Positions 36,851 to 51,489 of a stretch of DNA of 64,000 nucleotides are shown here, in pieces. The DNA is from Octopus bimaculoides (Eukaryota): positions 63,825,196-63,889,195 of the forward strand of contig NC_068984.1 in assembly GCF_001194135.2 (NCBI RefSeq), written 5' to 3'. The translations under genes and the position numbers were made by a program. The notes under the pieces are model-generated. The model was not told the origin of the DNA. It did no database searches and saw nothing but the letters and a program-made list of their open reading frames with translations. The number at the start of each line of letters is the position of its first letter. Position 1 is the first letter of the stretch.

Positions 36851-39780
36851 GTAATCCTAATAATAATCACCCTATGTAAAAGGCTAAGGCTAAAGTAAAT
36901 CAGTTAATTTGACTTCAGCATCTGACAGGCTGTGTATATTGTTGACTCTGGAAAAATTGTTATTAATTTCAGTTGTTGGTCTGCAGATTTACAAATCGGA
37001 AAATTCGAATTTACTCCTCACGCAATGTAAACATACTCTAATATTTTGATGAAGGTATCCCCCAAAGCAAATGCAACGAGCCATCAGCTATCGCCAAATG
37101 TCTCCAAAATGCTTTCTTTACGCAGCATGTCGTTTTATTGTCTTAGATATGTCTTCGTTACGTAGTAATTTACTTCAATTGAATAGTGAAATAAAACGCA
37201 AATTGCAGTCATTAAATGCTAATGTAATATATTCCAGCTGTGTCTGCATTCAAATAATTTTTTAAAAAATCTTTTTAAATCTTGATTCCTAGTTAAGGGG
37301 TTTGACATAGATATCACTGTTACTTTTAAGTTAACAATTGTCGTTATTATAAAGTTCACAGATTCAATTAAACAAACAGTTAACCGTCGAAATCATTTTT
37401 TAAAAATTAGGTAATGCAAACTTAGGTGACTGCTTCGCTCACCAGCGCTTCCTCTCTTGCTTATTAGGTGGTCCCAAATATGCAGTTTTTTCATTTATTT
37501 AAGAAAATCATTTGAAGAAAAGTACTTCTAAGTAGCAGATTGATATACTAGAAATAACATCGCAGTGTTAAAAGAAGAAAAACATTAATGATATAGCTGG
37601 AGATACATTTTGTCTGAAAAATGAGTGAAAGTTCATACCTCAAAATCTCCCTTCAAACAGACTATCTACTAGAACACGATTAACGATCTAAAGAAACATT
37701 TTAAAACACATTTGTTCATACATAGACTTTTCCTTATTATTATTCAGGTAGTATCCTGAAAATGGTTGTCTCCTCTACCTATTATATGTACGCAGTAAAA
37801 CTTGTTATTTCCAGAATCTCCAACAATTCAGTAGTATCATTGTTTTGATGCAATTAAATAGTAATATCCCTCTATGAAATGCTGTCCTAATACCTCGCTA
37901 TACACAACAAAGAAGTCTAATATATTGCTGTATATACTTTACATATATATTAAAATGAGATTAGAAACATCTTTAACTTAAAGTTGTAATACATATTTTC
38001 AAACATTAAAACTAACCGACACTGGAACAGTCTATGAACCTTAATAGATTGTGCATAGAAATTCGTTACCATTTGAGGGATGAAATGCTTACGTAGTTTC
38101 TAGACACGCTAAAAAAAAAATCAACCATCCGATCTCTCTGAAAACACAAGTACCAATCTTTAAAAAGAGTGCATGTGTCTTAAGATTTAGTCCTAAACTT
38201 CCTATGTCCACAACCACATCGGAATAAAATTTAATATGCAACGCCAACGTTTATGCCTACTACTGAATATTTAAAATATTTTCAAATTATGAATTTCCCG
38301 AGTATGTAAGAAAAATGAAGAAAAGTGGAATGTGGTGGCATTTATTCAGATCTGAAGGTATTATTTATTATTTTAGCATAATTGTGTAACAGGAAAGAAT
38401 AAATCAGATAGTAGTAATGGGCGAGGTGTGAATGAAAATCTATTCTTTAATTACATGTAAAATAGTTAGCATTTTGAAAACAATAATGCTAACAAAAATA
38501 TTATCTAGTTTTCTCTAGGGTAAACTATGTTTCCAATCCGAAATTATAAATAACTGACTTTTATCGCTGAGATATAGTAGTTCAAAATATTTGTCGTTCA
38601 GATTTTAAATATGAACAAATAGTAGCTCGCAGGTAAATCAAATGATTAAAACACAAGGGAAATTTACATTTAATTATCCATTCAGCAATCACTTCTTTTT
38701 AAAAATAATGTGTTGCTTCTGGATAATAAATACTCTTGTCAATTTACTTTGGGAATATGTATGTGGTTACCGAATGAGTATAATGCTGAATCTAAAATTA
38801 GAGCTTTTCAATGTAAACATTTTAATGATGAAAATCCAAATACATTGTATAAATGTTGACCCATATAGATGAATTAAGACTAAATTGTTTATATTTCGTT
38901 TGTATTCAGATACATAGTAAATTCTATACTTAACAGATACAGATTAGTCATATATCTTCATTTTGAAACATACACACTGTTCGTAGTCATCATATCCATC
39001 TACACTTGCGTACGCGTCTTGTTTTTGGATGGACATCAAGACGAGTTGCAAAGTAGCTTTAACTAATAATTCTGATTATATTTGTTTTTGTGTTTCTTCA
39101 AGCAAGTTCGATTGAATATATGTTCGATCAATGTTGCAGCTGTGACCATCTTAAATCTTAATATAGTGTATTTCGTGGTATTTCGTGTGACATGTAATGT
39201 TCTGAATCTGTTATAAAATAGCAGTGTATATAATTTGTTAGAGACGCAATTGCATTTTCTACCAACCAGATAGTTGGTTGTTGACTGGCTTGTAATAATT
39301 TTAAATGGTACTTATTTTGAAGATTTTACACTATGTTGTTTCGAAATGCTACTTTCTCCACATTTAATGCTGGTTCAGTTACTTATCATAATTTAGATGG
39401 TAATACTAACATTGGCAAATAATTACACATTGGGAGAGAGAATTTTCCCAATTAAACTGAATACCGTTTTAGTTGGTGAGACGATGTAGGTTTGATGAAC
39501 GTTTTTCTCTTTATGATTTTAACTTAAACATAAAATCTCTTAGCTAAATTTTACAAGTTATTCTGAGCGACGCTGTACCGTTTCTACCAATCCAAATTCA
39601 AGGTAACAATACTCTTAGATAAAGAATATATATGTATATANNNNNNNNNNNNNNNNNNNNNNNNNNNNNNNNNNNNNNNNNNNNNNNNNNNNNNNNNNNN
39701 NNNNNNNNNNNNNNNNNNNNNNNNNNNNNNNNNNNNNNNNNNNNNNNNNNNNNNNNNNNNNNNNNNNNNNNNNNNATATA

Positions 39781-39811
<31 letters not shown>

Positions 39812-41100
39812 TCTTCATCTAACAGTGTTGTTACCTTTAACTGCCTGTATAGTTTACAAAACATTTGTCAATTGCCATTGTAAGAAGTAATTATTCTTGC
39901 AACATTGGTCGTGACCGCCATGTACGTAATACGCTTTTCACTTTGGAATGTAAGCAAATCGACATACATGCATGACTAGTGACAAATAGACAATTGTAAT
40001 AGTGGATGATATTTGAAATATGTTTTTATCTTAAAAACAACTACATCACAATAATATCATATTTAATCTCTTGAAAATTTCAATCCCCATTATCCGCAAT
40101 AGCGTTGTGATTCTATAAATCACAGTCATAACTTTAGTGACTAGGTATTTCTTACGAACAAAATATATGAAATGATGAAGAAGAAATATCGTTTCACAGT
40201 CTTGGTCATCTAATATTTTTTTCCCTTTACAAGATACTAGAGTGTAATTTGAGTGGACATTTGAGTGATATTTTTAGGACATTGACCAACAACATATAGG
40301 GTCTCAGGTTCGCTCAGTCTGTACATATAGGTTGTCACCCTGGTTCAAAACTCTGCATCTAGAATGTCAATGTTTATATCAATCTTGATCTGATTAGATC
40401 AAAATATGATTATTTTTATAAGGTTTCTTTATTTAGTATTAACTATATACTTTGGGGACATTTTAATGTATGTAAATTAATGTCCAAAACATTATCTCTT
40501 TTCATTTAACATATACGCTGTCCTTTCAGGTGTAAAATGAAAGAAAGCTATTAAAAGAATTTTCATTTGATATTGCTAGTATTTTTCTAAAGGGAATTTT
40601 GCATACATTCAAGTTTCTTTTTGTTTTAATTTTAGTGTGTTTAATACAAGGTTTGGAAATTCAATCGATCTCTTGAAGCGTAAGTGTTATAACCTTGAAA
40701 TATTTGCATAAAACAGTTTAGATATTTTTTATACATCATAAACTACTTAGAAAATGTTTGCTTCACTCTAAGTACAATGTAACAAAAATAAGGATGTGTA
40801 GGATAATTTTGCTATTAATTTATAGAAATTATTTTCTTGCCATAATCTCTGCATTGTAAGATTCTCCGTGTTCGATATTTCATTGACTATCAGGAATTTA
40901 GGAGCACAGTTTCATTATTTATATTGTTGCTATGTATCACAATTTGCATTCATATCTGCGGAAGCTGTGTTACATACACACTCACATACATACTTTCATA
41001 AACAGATATAAATTATTATGTCTGTGCCTATGTGTGTCTGTACACATATTTCTCATATCCCAATTCCACGTTTCAATCTTTATCTGTGATTCTGAATATT

Positions 41101-41312
41101 CACTTCTACACTAGGCACAAGGCCCGAAATTTTGGGGGAAGGGACCAGCCGATTAGATCGATCCCGGTACGCAACTGGTACTTGATTTATCGACCCCGAA
41201 AGGATGAAAAGCAAAGTCGACCTCGGTGGAATTTGAACTCAACATAAAGACGGACAAGATACCGCTAAGCATTTCGCCCGGCCTCCTAACGTTTCTGCCA
41301 GTTCGCCACCTT
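41101..41312 (-). mobile_element. SINE family B with 16-bp TSD tgtgattctgaatatt (41085-41100, 41313-41328)
   Basis: Reverse complement of the 31733-31949 element; exact TSD. Confidence 0.95.
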
Positions 41313-41479
41313 TGTGATTCTGAATATTATTGGATTTATGTTGTCGCTTTGCTTTCTAAATAATAAAGAAAATACATCATTCATTGAGTTACATTTTTAT
41401 TATCCATAACTATAGCGAGGGACTTGACTGAATTCTTAGATTGTCAGAAGGTATACCTTACTCTTTTCTCTTGCTCTTT

Positions 41480-42070
41480 GTATTCTGAGTTCAAATTCTG
41501 TTGAGATTAGGTTTGCCTCATCTCGCAGGGAGTGCTAAAATAATGTACTTGTCAAGTACTAGGTTTCGTGGTATCAACTAATCCCCTCCACTCAAGATTA
41601 CGACCTAGAGTATAAATCGAAGCAATTATTCCCAGCAATACTTGTGGCGTTTCCCGGTAGAAAAATAGGAGTGAAACGTAATTTCATTTCGGCAGTTTTC
41701 GGTTCTTTATGCTCTCATTTCAAATCCTGCTGAGATCAGCTTCACCGGTCATGCTTCCAAACTGGCCAAAGCAAACATTACCAGCTATGTACTGAAGTCA
41801 TATTAAGTGATTTACAATTTTCTCTTACTTCTGGCTTTACAAATCTGCTATACTTATTATAAATAACCATAGGGTGGTGGATTGATAGAATAGTTAGAGT
41901 ATCGGACAAAATGCCACGTAGAATGCATTCCGGCTCTTTACTTTCTCAGATCAACTCCAGCTGATTACGATTTTGTATTTCATTTCTCCAACATCGATAA
42001 AATTAAGTAACTGTCCAGTACGGTTTTTTATTTAATTGCCTAGTCTTTCTTCACAAATTCCTAGCTTTGG
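41480..42070 (+). mobile_element. Cluster of highly degenerate SINE family B remnants
   Basis: Recurrent tctgagttcaaattc / ttcaaatcctgctgag / tcagatcaactcc cores. Confidence 0.45.
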
Positions 42071-42080
42071 GACTTATTAT

Positions 42081-42527
42081 AGGCGCAAACGTGGCTCTGT
42101 GGTAACAAGCTTGCTTCCTAACCACATGGTTCTGGGTTCAGTCCCACTGCGTGGCACCTTGGGCAAGTGCCTAGTACTATAGCCTTGTGAGTGGATTTGG
42201 TAGATGAAACTGAAAAAGGCCTGTCGTGTTTGCCGGCAAATTTTTCTGCTCTTAAAAGGATTTTATCCTTTATATATACTGTTCCGGATTTATGAGCTGA
42301 AAAAATATATCATTATATATATGTATATATATTTATATGTGTATGTCTTCGTGCATCTGTTTATCCCCTCACCATCGCTTGACAACCAATGTTGGTGTGT
42401 TTATTTCCCTCAAAATTAGCGGTTCGGCAAAAGAGTCCGATAGAATAAGTACTAGGCTTCCAAAAATAAGTCCTGGAATCGATTTCTTCGAACAAAGGCG
42501 GTGCTCCAGCATGTAAAAGAGTAAAAG
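42081..42527 (+). mobile_element. tRNA-type SINE, family A, near full length
   Basis: aggcgc..gtggct.tgtggtaa..gcttgcttcc.aaccacatggttc.gggttcagtcccactgcgtggcacc head through ggcggtgctccagcat tail. Confidence 0.92.
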
Positions 42528-42649
42528 CGTATTACCATTAAACAATTGAGTGGAGACTGGGAAAAGTGAAAATTGCAAGATATCTAGCTAAATACACGTT
42601 GGTGAATTATTAAATCGTTCTATGCACTCATTAGAAATGGCTCAATTAA

Positions 42650-42850
42650 TTAATAGTTATATTATCGACCCTGAGGAACGAAAGGCAAAGACAAATTCTT
42701 TGGAATTTGAGACGAGATCGGGTAGTGGGTTACATCGACGCCAATGATCAACTGGTGTTCATTTTATCAACCTCGAAGAGCAAAGCGGAACTCGGTGGAA
42801 TTTGAACTGATAACATAAAGACGAGCTAAATGCCACGAAACAATTTGTGT
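42650..42850 (-). mobile_element. Degenerate SINE family B remnants (two partial copies)
   Basis: tatcgaccc.gagg.acgaaaggcaaag and ctcggtggaatttgaact. Confidence 0.55.
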
Positions 42851-44060
42851 CCTTTTCTTTGCTCTGGGTAGAAAGCCTACAAGTGGTTTGTGCCGCCACA
42901 GATGTGGCATCCGGGCCTTCTGTCCTCGACTGCTACGCATAGTTTTGTACCTTGATGTAGGTTGATCAGGTTAGGTATCGCTTCCATAATTAACTAATAG
43001 GCGTGTATCAGCAATTCTATTCCCATGCATGACAAGTTTTCTTACAAATTTTTTGGCACTTCGGAAGTTATTGTTTTAATCTATCTGCCGTATACAGCGG
43101 CTGTCACCGTAGGAAGATATCCACTCTTCGACTGACGCATGAAGGAATTAGCCCAAGTTCTTCACTTTTGAGGGGTATTGTTGAACTTTTTGTGACTTTC
43201 TCTTCAAATTAGAATCTCACCTCAACTACGTCAAGACCTCAACCACGGTCGACATAAGTTTTATTCCCCGAGATCGGTCTTTGGCACTTTTCAATCTGGG
43301 TTTGCGTCACTCACTCCAATTTTCCGGTGTTTTCGAAATAAGTTCGTATAGAATAATTTTTGTTTTACTTGAGTCATACTATATTTGGTCTCTTGTGTTT
43401 TTAAGTATTATTCTGCCATTCTTTATTAAATGCACTTTGGCGTACCTCGACGTTTTTCATGACACTTCAACTTTCTCCATTTAACGACACATTTATGCGA
43501 AACATTTCCCATTATATTTAGAAGGAACGGCTGCTGTTTCGTTGTATAAATTTTTGTCAGTGTTGGAGGTGAGGATAATAGTGATGGTGGCTTTGTAGTC
43601 GCCTCTGGTAATGGTGGTTAGGTTGCTGTTGTTGCTACTGTTTACAGTGTCTCTGCTTACCGTCGTGCTAATATTAGTGGTGATGATGTTGGTGGGGTGG
43701 TGTTGTAGTTCGTGTTATTTAAAATTTTATTCTGCCTATCACAGCTGCTGCTGTATCTGTTGCTGTTCTGTGCTATTTGTCTTTCGGCCTTACCAAATTG
43801 TAATGGATAAGATAATGTCATAATAGTTATTCAAATAGCCATCACCTCCTGCGAAATGGGAAGCCTTATTGTTACCTGTTTTAAAATATTAAATTTTAAT
43901 TTTTAAATCTCAAAATTCGCCCTTTAAAGACGAACTTCTTGTAAAAAGAAGCAAAGCAAACTGGTTTATTTAGAAAAGAGTTCAACAAAAGTTCAATACC
44001 AAATACAGGAAAAGCTTTCAACAAAAATTACAAGCCACGAACAAATATCCTCTCTTTCCA

Positions 44061-44285
<225 letters not shown>

Positions 44286-44289
<4 letters not shown>

Positions 44290-44834
44290 CAGTTCTAAGC
44301 AGTAGATCGCATGGCTTCTGATCTTAAATGATTGGAAGTGTTATCATGTACATTGTTTTGTTTTGGTATAAAAGATGGCCTACAACAAATATTCTGCTCA
44401 ATCAGACTGATTTGCTTTTGAGTTGTTTGACCTTCAACAGTTGAGCATGCCTCTTAGTGGCTGATGATATGTGCGACTCTGATAACGAGCAGAAGTACTG
44501 GAGAAACATCATAGCAATGTGTTGAGAAGAATTCGTTGAAGTTTGGACAATTCGCCTTTGGAAACCTTAGTGTTTCGTTCAACATCCTCAAACAAACCTT
44601 ATTCAGGGACCTTTTGAGTGAGATGGGCTACTCCACCTGTCGAAAATTCTAACTTGGCTCCACCTGCAAGGCATGCACTGTTTAACTTGATATGAGATCA
44701 CCGTGTCGTGCATATATTGTTGTGATGCATGTGCCTGGTGTACCCTTTTCATGCAGGTAGTCATGATGGGTATACTGGGCTTCGTATATTTTAACCCAGT
44801 GTGACTTTGATGGCATATACTGTTCTCTACCTCA
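44286..44834. mobile_element. Interspersed repeat D, copy 2
   Basis: Collinear with 36295-36850; ends in aataataat. Confidence 0.85.
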
Positions 44835-44849
44835 ATAATAATATCATCT

Positions 44850-44967
44850 AAACCGGTGAGCTGGCAAAAACGTTAGCGCGCCGGACGAAATGCTTTGCGG
44901 TACTTCGTCTGCATTTACGTCCTGAGTTCAAATTCTGCCGAGGCCAACTTTGCCTAGAGTAGAAAAG
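44850..44967 (+). mobile_element. Truncated SINE family B with 13-bp TSD aataatatcatct (44837-44849, 44968-44980)
   Basis: ggtgagctggcaaaaacgttagc head; exact TSD. Confidence 0.9.
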
Positions 44968-44975
44968 AATAATAT

Positions 44976-45160
44976 CATCTGAAAACCTTAGAAATAGCCT
45001 ACAATCTAGGTGTATTGCAAAAGTCGGCATTACTTTGAACTGCATGCATATTGCGTAAAGTGCTGTCTGTCTGAGGTCCTTATTGTGACTTGACAAACAG
45101 TACAAACCCCAGGTAGACACAATATCTTCAATCAACAACCTCACAATATTGTATACGTCT
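44976..45160 (+). mobile_element. 3' end of an R4/Dong-clade element (ORF end plus 3' UTR) running into (AAT)n
   Basis: LQKSALL*TACILRKVLSV* then about 90 nt UTR then AAT tract. Confidence 0.8.
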
Positions 45161-45177
45161 ATAATAATAATAATAAC

Positions 45178-45211
<34 letters not shown>

Positions 45212-45361
45212 GTAAAAACAAGACGAAGAAGAAGAAGAAGAAGAAAAAGAAGAAGAAGAAGAAGAAGAAGAAGAAGAAGAAGAAGAAGAAAAAGAAGAAG
45301 AAGAAAAAGAAGAAGAAGAAGAAGAAGAAGAAGAAGAAGAAGAAGAAGAAGAAGAAGAAGA
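45161..45361. repeat. (AAT)n then (AAG)n microsatellites
   Basis: Direct reading. Confidence 0.97.
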
Positions 45362-45774
45362 GAACACCGGGGACGTTTAACATGTGGAAGCGATAAAACA
45401 ATTCTCCAAAATGTATCCAAAAACATCAGGAATAAAGACAACAAATGGAATAGCGCCTAAAATAACTTGCACAACATGTGTAAACACGCTCGCCACACTG
45501 GCAAAGCACTGGACTACACCCGAGTAAGTAATACTCATTGAAAGTATTGGACTATATCCGAGTAAGTGCATATTGGAGTATATCCGATTAAGTACGTGTT
45601 ACAAAGACGTAATTACGTAACGTAAAATATTTAATTACGTATACAAACTAGTTTAGCATGAACATATTTCAATAGTTTTAAATAACATTAAGTAAGGTAT
45701 TAACAAGTGCACACACACATATGCGAATGGAAAATGGTAACTATGTTTGGGGATCCGACAATATATGTATGAAC

Positions 45775-47845
45775 AATGGTGAGAAAGAGGATTGTTTCAA
45801 CTCAATGAACAGAGATTATGTGATCAAGCTAGCACAATGAAAATATCTCTGGTTCACAGAAGTAGAGTTCGAAGATATCAAAAGAGGTGTATTGGAAAAC
45901 AGCAACAGTGGAAATGATGATAAAGTTCTTACTGATATAAGTAATCTTATAGCAGGAAGCAGAGGTGTGATTTATGATATACCACAGGAAAGGAACAGTG
46001 ATAGCTTGCTCGATGAGAGACATATAGATGGTCTGAAAGAAGACAATAAAACAGACATGACAGATGGGCAAAAGGCAATTTATGACAGAATAATGGCAAG
46101 GCTACAGAGCAATGGTGGCATTATTTGCAACCATAAACAAGTTGATCGGTGGAAATTGAACCAAGACACGAAAAATGTGAATGAAATTCTGAAAAACATC
46201 ACACAAACAAAAAATTTGATTAAGGCAGCAAGTATATTTGTAGCAGAAAATTTGGGCGTTGATGTCAAGAAAAAGCAATATAATGAGAGTGACAAAAGAA
46301 AAGATCCATGGTGGAAAAGAAGAATACAGGCGGGGTTAGATATGCTCTCGAAGGCCATTTCTGTGTTAGACCGAAAAGAGGAGGGGAAGCTTAAAAGCGA
46401 ACAAAAATACAGGGCACTGAACAGGAAGCATGATTTTGAGAGAAAGGGCTTCAAAGTGATAATAGAGGAACTGAAATGGTGCCTCGTTATAAAGACAAGA
46501 AATATAGTAAAATACGGCCAAAGAATAAATTATTTAGAGCAGATCAGAAGAGATTCTACAAAGAAATAAATGGAAAGTGTACAGGTGAAATGTTGATACC
46601 AGATAACATTGAAAGTCTAAGGTTTCGAAGTGACATCTGGAACAAAGAGAAGGAGCTCAAAAAGGATGCTGAATGGTTGCAAGAACTGAAACAACAGGCA
46701 GAATTATAGTCATTTCAGTTAAGGAAGTGAAGAAAATCAGCAAAAAAAAAAAATAATAATAAAATAGGCAACTGGAAGGCCCCTGGACCAGATGCAGTTC
46801 AAGACTACTGGATCAAAATTTTTGTTAAATGTCATGCACGAATAGCTGCACAAATCAACACCTTGTTAAATGCCGACCAAGTAAAACCAGAGTGGTCGAC
46901 TGTGGGTAGGACAGTGCTGTGCTTGCAAAACATCGAAAAAGTCAATACGGTAGACAATTACAGGCCAATATCCTGCTTGCCACGTATGTGGATATTATTG
47001 ACTGGAATACTTGCAGAGTCAATGTACGGACATCTGAAAAACAATGGAGTCCTAACACATGAGCAGAAAGTGAGCAAGCGTAAGCGCAGAGGTACCAAAG
47101 TGCAAATCCTGGTAGATTTATGACGAAACTACAATTAGAGACTGCAAGAGAAGGAAAACTAATTTAGCCATGTTATTGATCGATTATCGTACGTATATAA
47201 TATGATCCCACATTCTTGATTTATGGAATGTATGAACCTATTTGGTATTGCATCGAATCTTGAGCGATTGCTTGGAAAAAGTATGGCGAAATGGAGGACG
47301 GAAATTACAGCATATGGTAGAAGTTTAGAGACAACAGAAATCAGGAGTGGCATCTTCCAAAGGGATTGCCTGTCCCCACTGGTCTTTGTACTGTGCATGA
47401 TACACCTAACACTGAGTCTGAGGAAAGCAAATGTTGGGTATCTATTCAAGAGCCGCTAACAAAAGTTAACCACTTGTTATTCACGAATGACTTGAAACTT
47501 TATGGTAGAGATGAAACCCAAATCAGTTCCTTCGTTGATTCGGTGTATACTTTCAGTGCTGATATCAGAAAAAGCGTGGGGCGTTAGTCTTAAAGACAGA
47601 CAAAATTAAATGTATGGACGGGCTAACGATACTGTCGGGGAAGATTATGAAGCAGATAGAAGAGACTGACTATGAAGTACTTGGAGATATTGGAAATGGA
47701 TAAATTGATGGAGAAAGAAGTGACATAAAAAATTTAAGGTGGAGTACTTGCGCAGACTGAGACTGACCCTTAAGTCGAAATTAAACGGACGGTATAAGAT
47801 TGAGGCTATCAACACCTGGGCAGTTTCAGTACTTCGATATGGAGA
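45775..47845 (+). mobile_element. R4/Dong/Rex6-clade retrotransposon: N-terminal region and reverse transcriptase, degenerate
   Basis: DPWWKRRIQ, NKLFRADQKRFY, WKAPGPD, NYRPISCLP, GIFQRDCLSPLVFVLCM, KVNHLLFTNDLKLYG (decayed YMDD box), LKSKLNG..KIEAINTWAVSVLRYG; stops and frameshifts. Confidence 0.92.
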
Positions 47846-48436
47846 CAGTAGACGAACTAAACAACTTAGAAAGGCAAGGAAGTTGCTGACTAGATACGTG
47901 AGCAGAAGAAAACAACATAGCATGGAATGTAAAATATGCCACTCCTAACGCCAATCACTCAGAGTGTAGTGGGTGCTTTTTATGTGCCACTGGCACAGGA
48001 GCCAATCAGGAGGCACTGGTATTGGCCTTGTTTGGTAGCTTAGACCCCACCACATGTCTAAATTCAAGAACTGAACTTTTTAGATCATGTCCACTTGTGG
48101 CTAAATATTCGCTACGTTTTGGGTCTCCCTCCCACCAGAGATTACAGAAAGGACTTGCTTTCTATATTGTGTCTATGTACAAGCATTTTTTTTTTATCTC
48201 TCTATACTTTTTACTTATATTTCTTATATATTTTTAAATATTTTTTTACACATTTTTATCCCAGATTTTTCCTGTGCATGTGCATATATAGACGTGTGTA
48301 TGGACCTTTATTGAGCGTGTATGTTTGTGTGTGAGCGTGTTGCGCGTGTGTTTATGCGAGCGTGTATGCGGATATATATATATATATATTAATTCAAATT
48401 TTGTTATTTTCTCCTACATATATATTTTTGTTAGTG

Positions 48437-48610
48437 ACACCGCGTGGCGTAGATGCCAAGGTGTTGCACTAACAATCGTAAGATCATGGGTTTGATTCCG
48501 GAAACGGACTGCGCATTGTGTTGTAGTGTCTATATGTTGGAGGGATTAAGCTAATGTTCAGCACGCGCATTTGGTAATTATAAGCAAATAATCTGTTCTG
48601 GTTGTTCAGC
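48437..48610 (+). mobile_element. Degenerate tRNA-derived SINE head
   Basis: gcgtggcgtag (box A-like) and gggtttgattcc (box B-like). Confidence 0.45.
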
Positions 48611-48721
48611 AGTACTGTCTTTCGTTAACTCTAGAGACTACCATACTTCTACATATACGTAAGTATGTTGTTTTAATTCAACTGTTGAACAAATATCAAT
48701 ATTAACAGATAAGTAAGCAGC

Positions 48722-48930
48722 AAGCTGGCAGAATCAAGAGTAAGCCGGGCAAGCAAAGTGCCTAGTGGCATTTCACCCTTCTTCTTGTCCTGAGTTCGTA
48801 TTGCGCTGGGGGCAGCTTTGCGTTCCATTTTTTCGGGGTTGATAAAATAAGTACTGCATGAGTTGTGGGGTCAATGAAATCAACTTACATCCTCTCCGAA
48901 TTTGCTGGCCACGTGCCAAAATTTGAAGGC
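48722..48930 (+). mobile_element. SINE family B, degenerate
   Basis: agctggcagaatc head, tttcggggttgataaaataagtac core, gtgccaaaatttgaa end. Confidence 0.7.
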
Positions 48931-49708
48931 AGTATTAAAAGATGAGGCCGTTAACTGAGGTACATATTCTGTTCCGCCGCTGTCGTCTAGCTAATTACAA
49001 CCTGTCTTGGAGAATTCTTGCCACCAAGTGATTGATCTTCTATCTCATATTTTTTTATTTCATACACTCTCCATTCTACTGCTCTCCCCCCTCTCTTTCT
49101 CTCTCTCTCAATCTCTCTCTCTCAATGTCTCTCTCTCTCTCTCTCTTTCTCTCTTTCTTTCTTTCTCTCAAACGTAGCGTATTAGATATATTTTTTGCTG
49201 TAACAATCACTTAATTTCTATATATTCTATCGACATTTTATTTTCAAGTTTATAACATCTATTAAGTATGTGTTCCGTATTTTCAAATGTATTGTGCAAA
49301 AAATATATCTCATACACTTCTGCATTGTTATGCTCTCTCATAAGTAAACAGTTTTGGAAATATACATGAGTACTAATGGAATAATCGTATCAATGCCACT
49401 AATTGTATAAAAACATGAAACTGCTCTATATACTATGAACTAGTTTCCATAAAGGAAGCATTATATGAAATCATGCCTTAACCATTTATTATTATATTTG
49501 GGATTATGGAATTTTCTTTACCTTTGAAAATTTTAAACTATTTGAATTTCGAATATTGTATAGGATTGCTTTGCAAAATCTATTACTTGCTTTACATTCT
49601 AGAATGACAACATTTTTGGACTAGAAGAATTTCAAATAATATAATTTCAAATAATGATATATGTGCTTTTCTGTTTGTATTTAGGGACCGTGTGTATACG
49701 TGCATACT

Positions 49709-49711
<3 letters not shown>

Positions 49712-49750
<39 letters not shown>

Positions 49751-49822
49751 ACACACACACACACACACATACACACACACACATATATATATATATATAC
49801 ATATATGTGTGTATGTGTGTGT
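49712..49822. repeat. (CA)n/(TA)n microsatellite
   Basis: Direct reading. Confidence 0.95.
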
Positions 49823-49993
49823 ATATGCATGCGTATTAGATTAAAATAAAAATGAACGAGAAGGCAAAGCGCGTGGCTTCACTCGGAAAAGGCATGTAAC
49901 TTAAATGGAGGATATAAACATATAGAGTCTCTTACACCTGTTTCTAGAATAGCCAAATATGTGGATCATCATATTGAGTAATGTTTCCATTAC

Positions 49994-50002
49994 CTGAGTA
50001 TC
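49994..50002 (-). other. Candidate 9-nt microexon GATACTCAG
   Basis: Long pyrimidine tract ttttgatttcttcctctctcatgacag upstream and CAG|gtaatg donor. Confidence 0.25.
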
Positions 50003-51254
50003 CTGTCATGAGAGAGGAAGAAATCAAAATGATGTAAAAATAAGAGAAAATCTCCAGTCGTGGTTATTAATATATTCGGATTTGTCAAAAATGTGGAAGT
50101 AAAATAAGTATGCGTTAGTAGTTCCATGATCCAATACATAATACAGTTATAGGTACATATTATGTATGCATGCATGTATGTATATACGATTCACACACTG
50201 AGCAACATTCTTCATTTCAAGATACTTCTATTCTTTCTCCCCATCCCTCCAGCCTCGAACGCCCTTCATTATCCGCTAGGTAAAGATGGTGATGAACTAA
50301 AATCTCTCTATATCTCCTCGCTAACTACATAGCTATAGACATGCATTAATTACCAAATTCAAGGTACAAGTTACTAGCTCATACATGATTGCCAGTGACA
50401 ACTTAGTTGAAATAAATCCCTACAACCCAGTAGATAAAATAAAGTGAATATATATTTTTTGCTCTCCGTGTTGCTATTTGCTTCCACGACTGAAATTCTT
50501 TTCAGAAGGTTTTTGTTGTGGTCCTTCATGGTGATGTATGGTGCACGTTTTCCTCGTGGTCGTTTTATTATCAATATTAGCTAAGCTAAAAGAAATAAGA
50601 GACGTGCAGTTTCGCATCATACCCGTCAAGTGTAGAAAATAAGTTAATAAATTACGAAAGGTGGTCTCAAAATTGGAATTACAAACATAAAAAGCATTAA
50701 CAATATAAAAGTAATGAGAGAATTTCTAGAGGCACAAACATTAGGTATCCTCGAACGTCAATGAGAAAGATTCTGGTTATTGAATGCATTTACAAGAATA
50801 AGAAGACCTCTTCACAAAATGAAAACGTCTAAGAAAAACTGTAATTTATGAAAAGAATGAATTATCTCAAGTGAGTACCGCTATGGTTGTATGAACAGGC
50901 TTCTTAAAACCCTTTTGCTCAAACAACATACCATAGATTTGTCGAGATATTTATGAATATTGGAATAATGATAGGACAATTTCTATATGAAGCAATGAAT
51001 CATTGGTAACTGCAAAGGAAAATATTATAACGGAGTTTATTTATTAGCTAAAGTAATAAGATTAATTTATCTGATAGACAATGTCTACGATGCGAAATTA
51101 GTTCTGAATTATTATTTAACTGAAATATGAAGAATAGTATAGCAAACTTTCAAGAGTGCTTGTGATATAGAGGAAGAAATCTGTAGAAAAAATTCAACGC
51201 GAGACTGATTGATACAAGATATGAAATTACAATTAATATTAGCGCAATATAATT

Positions 51255-51462
51255 GCGGTGAGCTGGCAAAATCGTTAATACTCACGGCAAAATGATTCTC
51301 GGCATTTTGTCCGCATTTGCGCTCCGGGTTCAAATTCCGACGAAGTCGAATTGCCATTAAACCTTTCGGGATCAATAAAATAAGTAGCAGTGGAGCACTG
51401 GGATCACTGTTATCAACTTACCCCGTCCTCAGGAATTACTGGCTTTGTGCCAATATTTGAGC
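51255..51462 (+). mobile_element. SINE family B, degenerate
   Basis: gcggtgagctggcaaaatcgtta head, gggttcaaattccg, cctttcggg core. Confidence 0.8.
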
Positions 51463-51489
51463 AATAATAATAATAATAATAATAATGAT

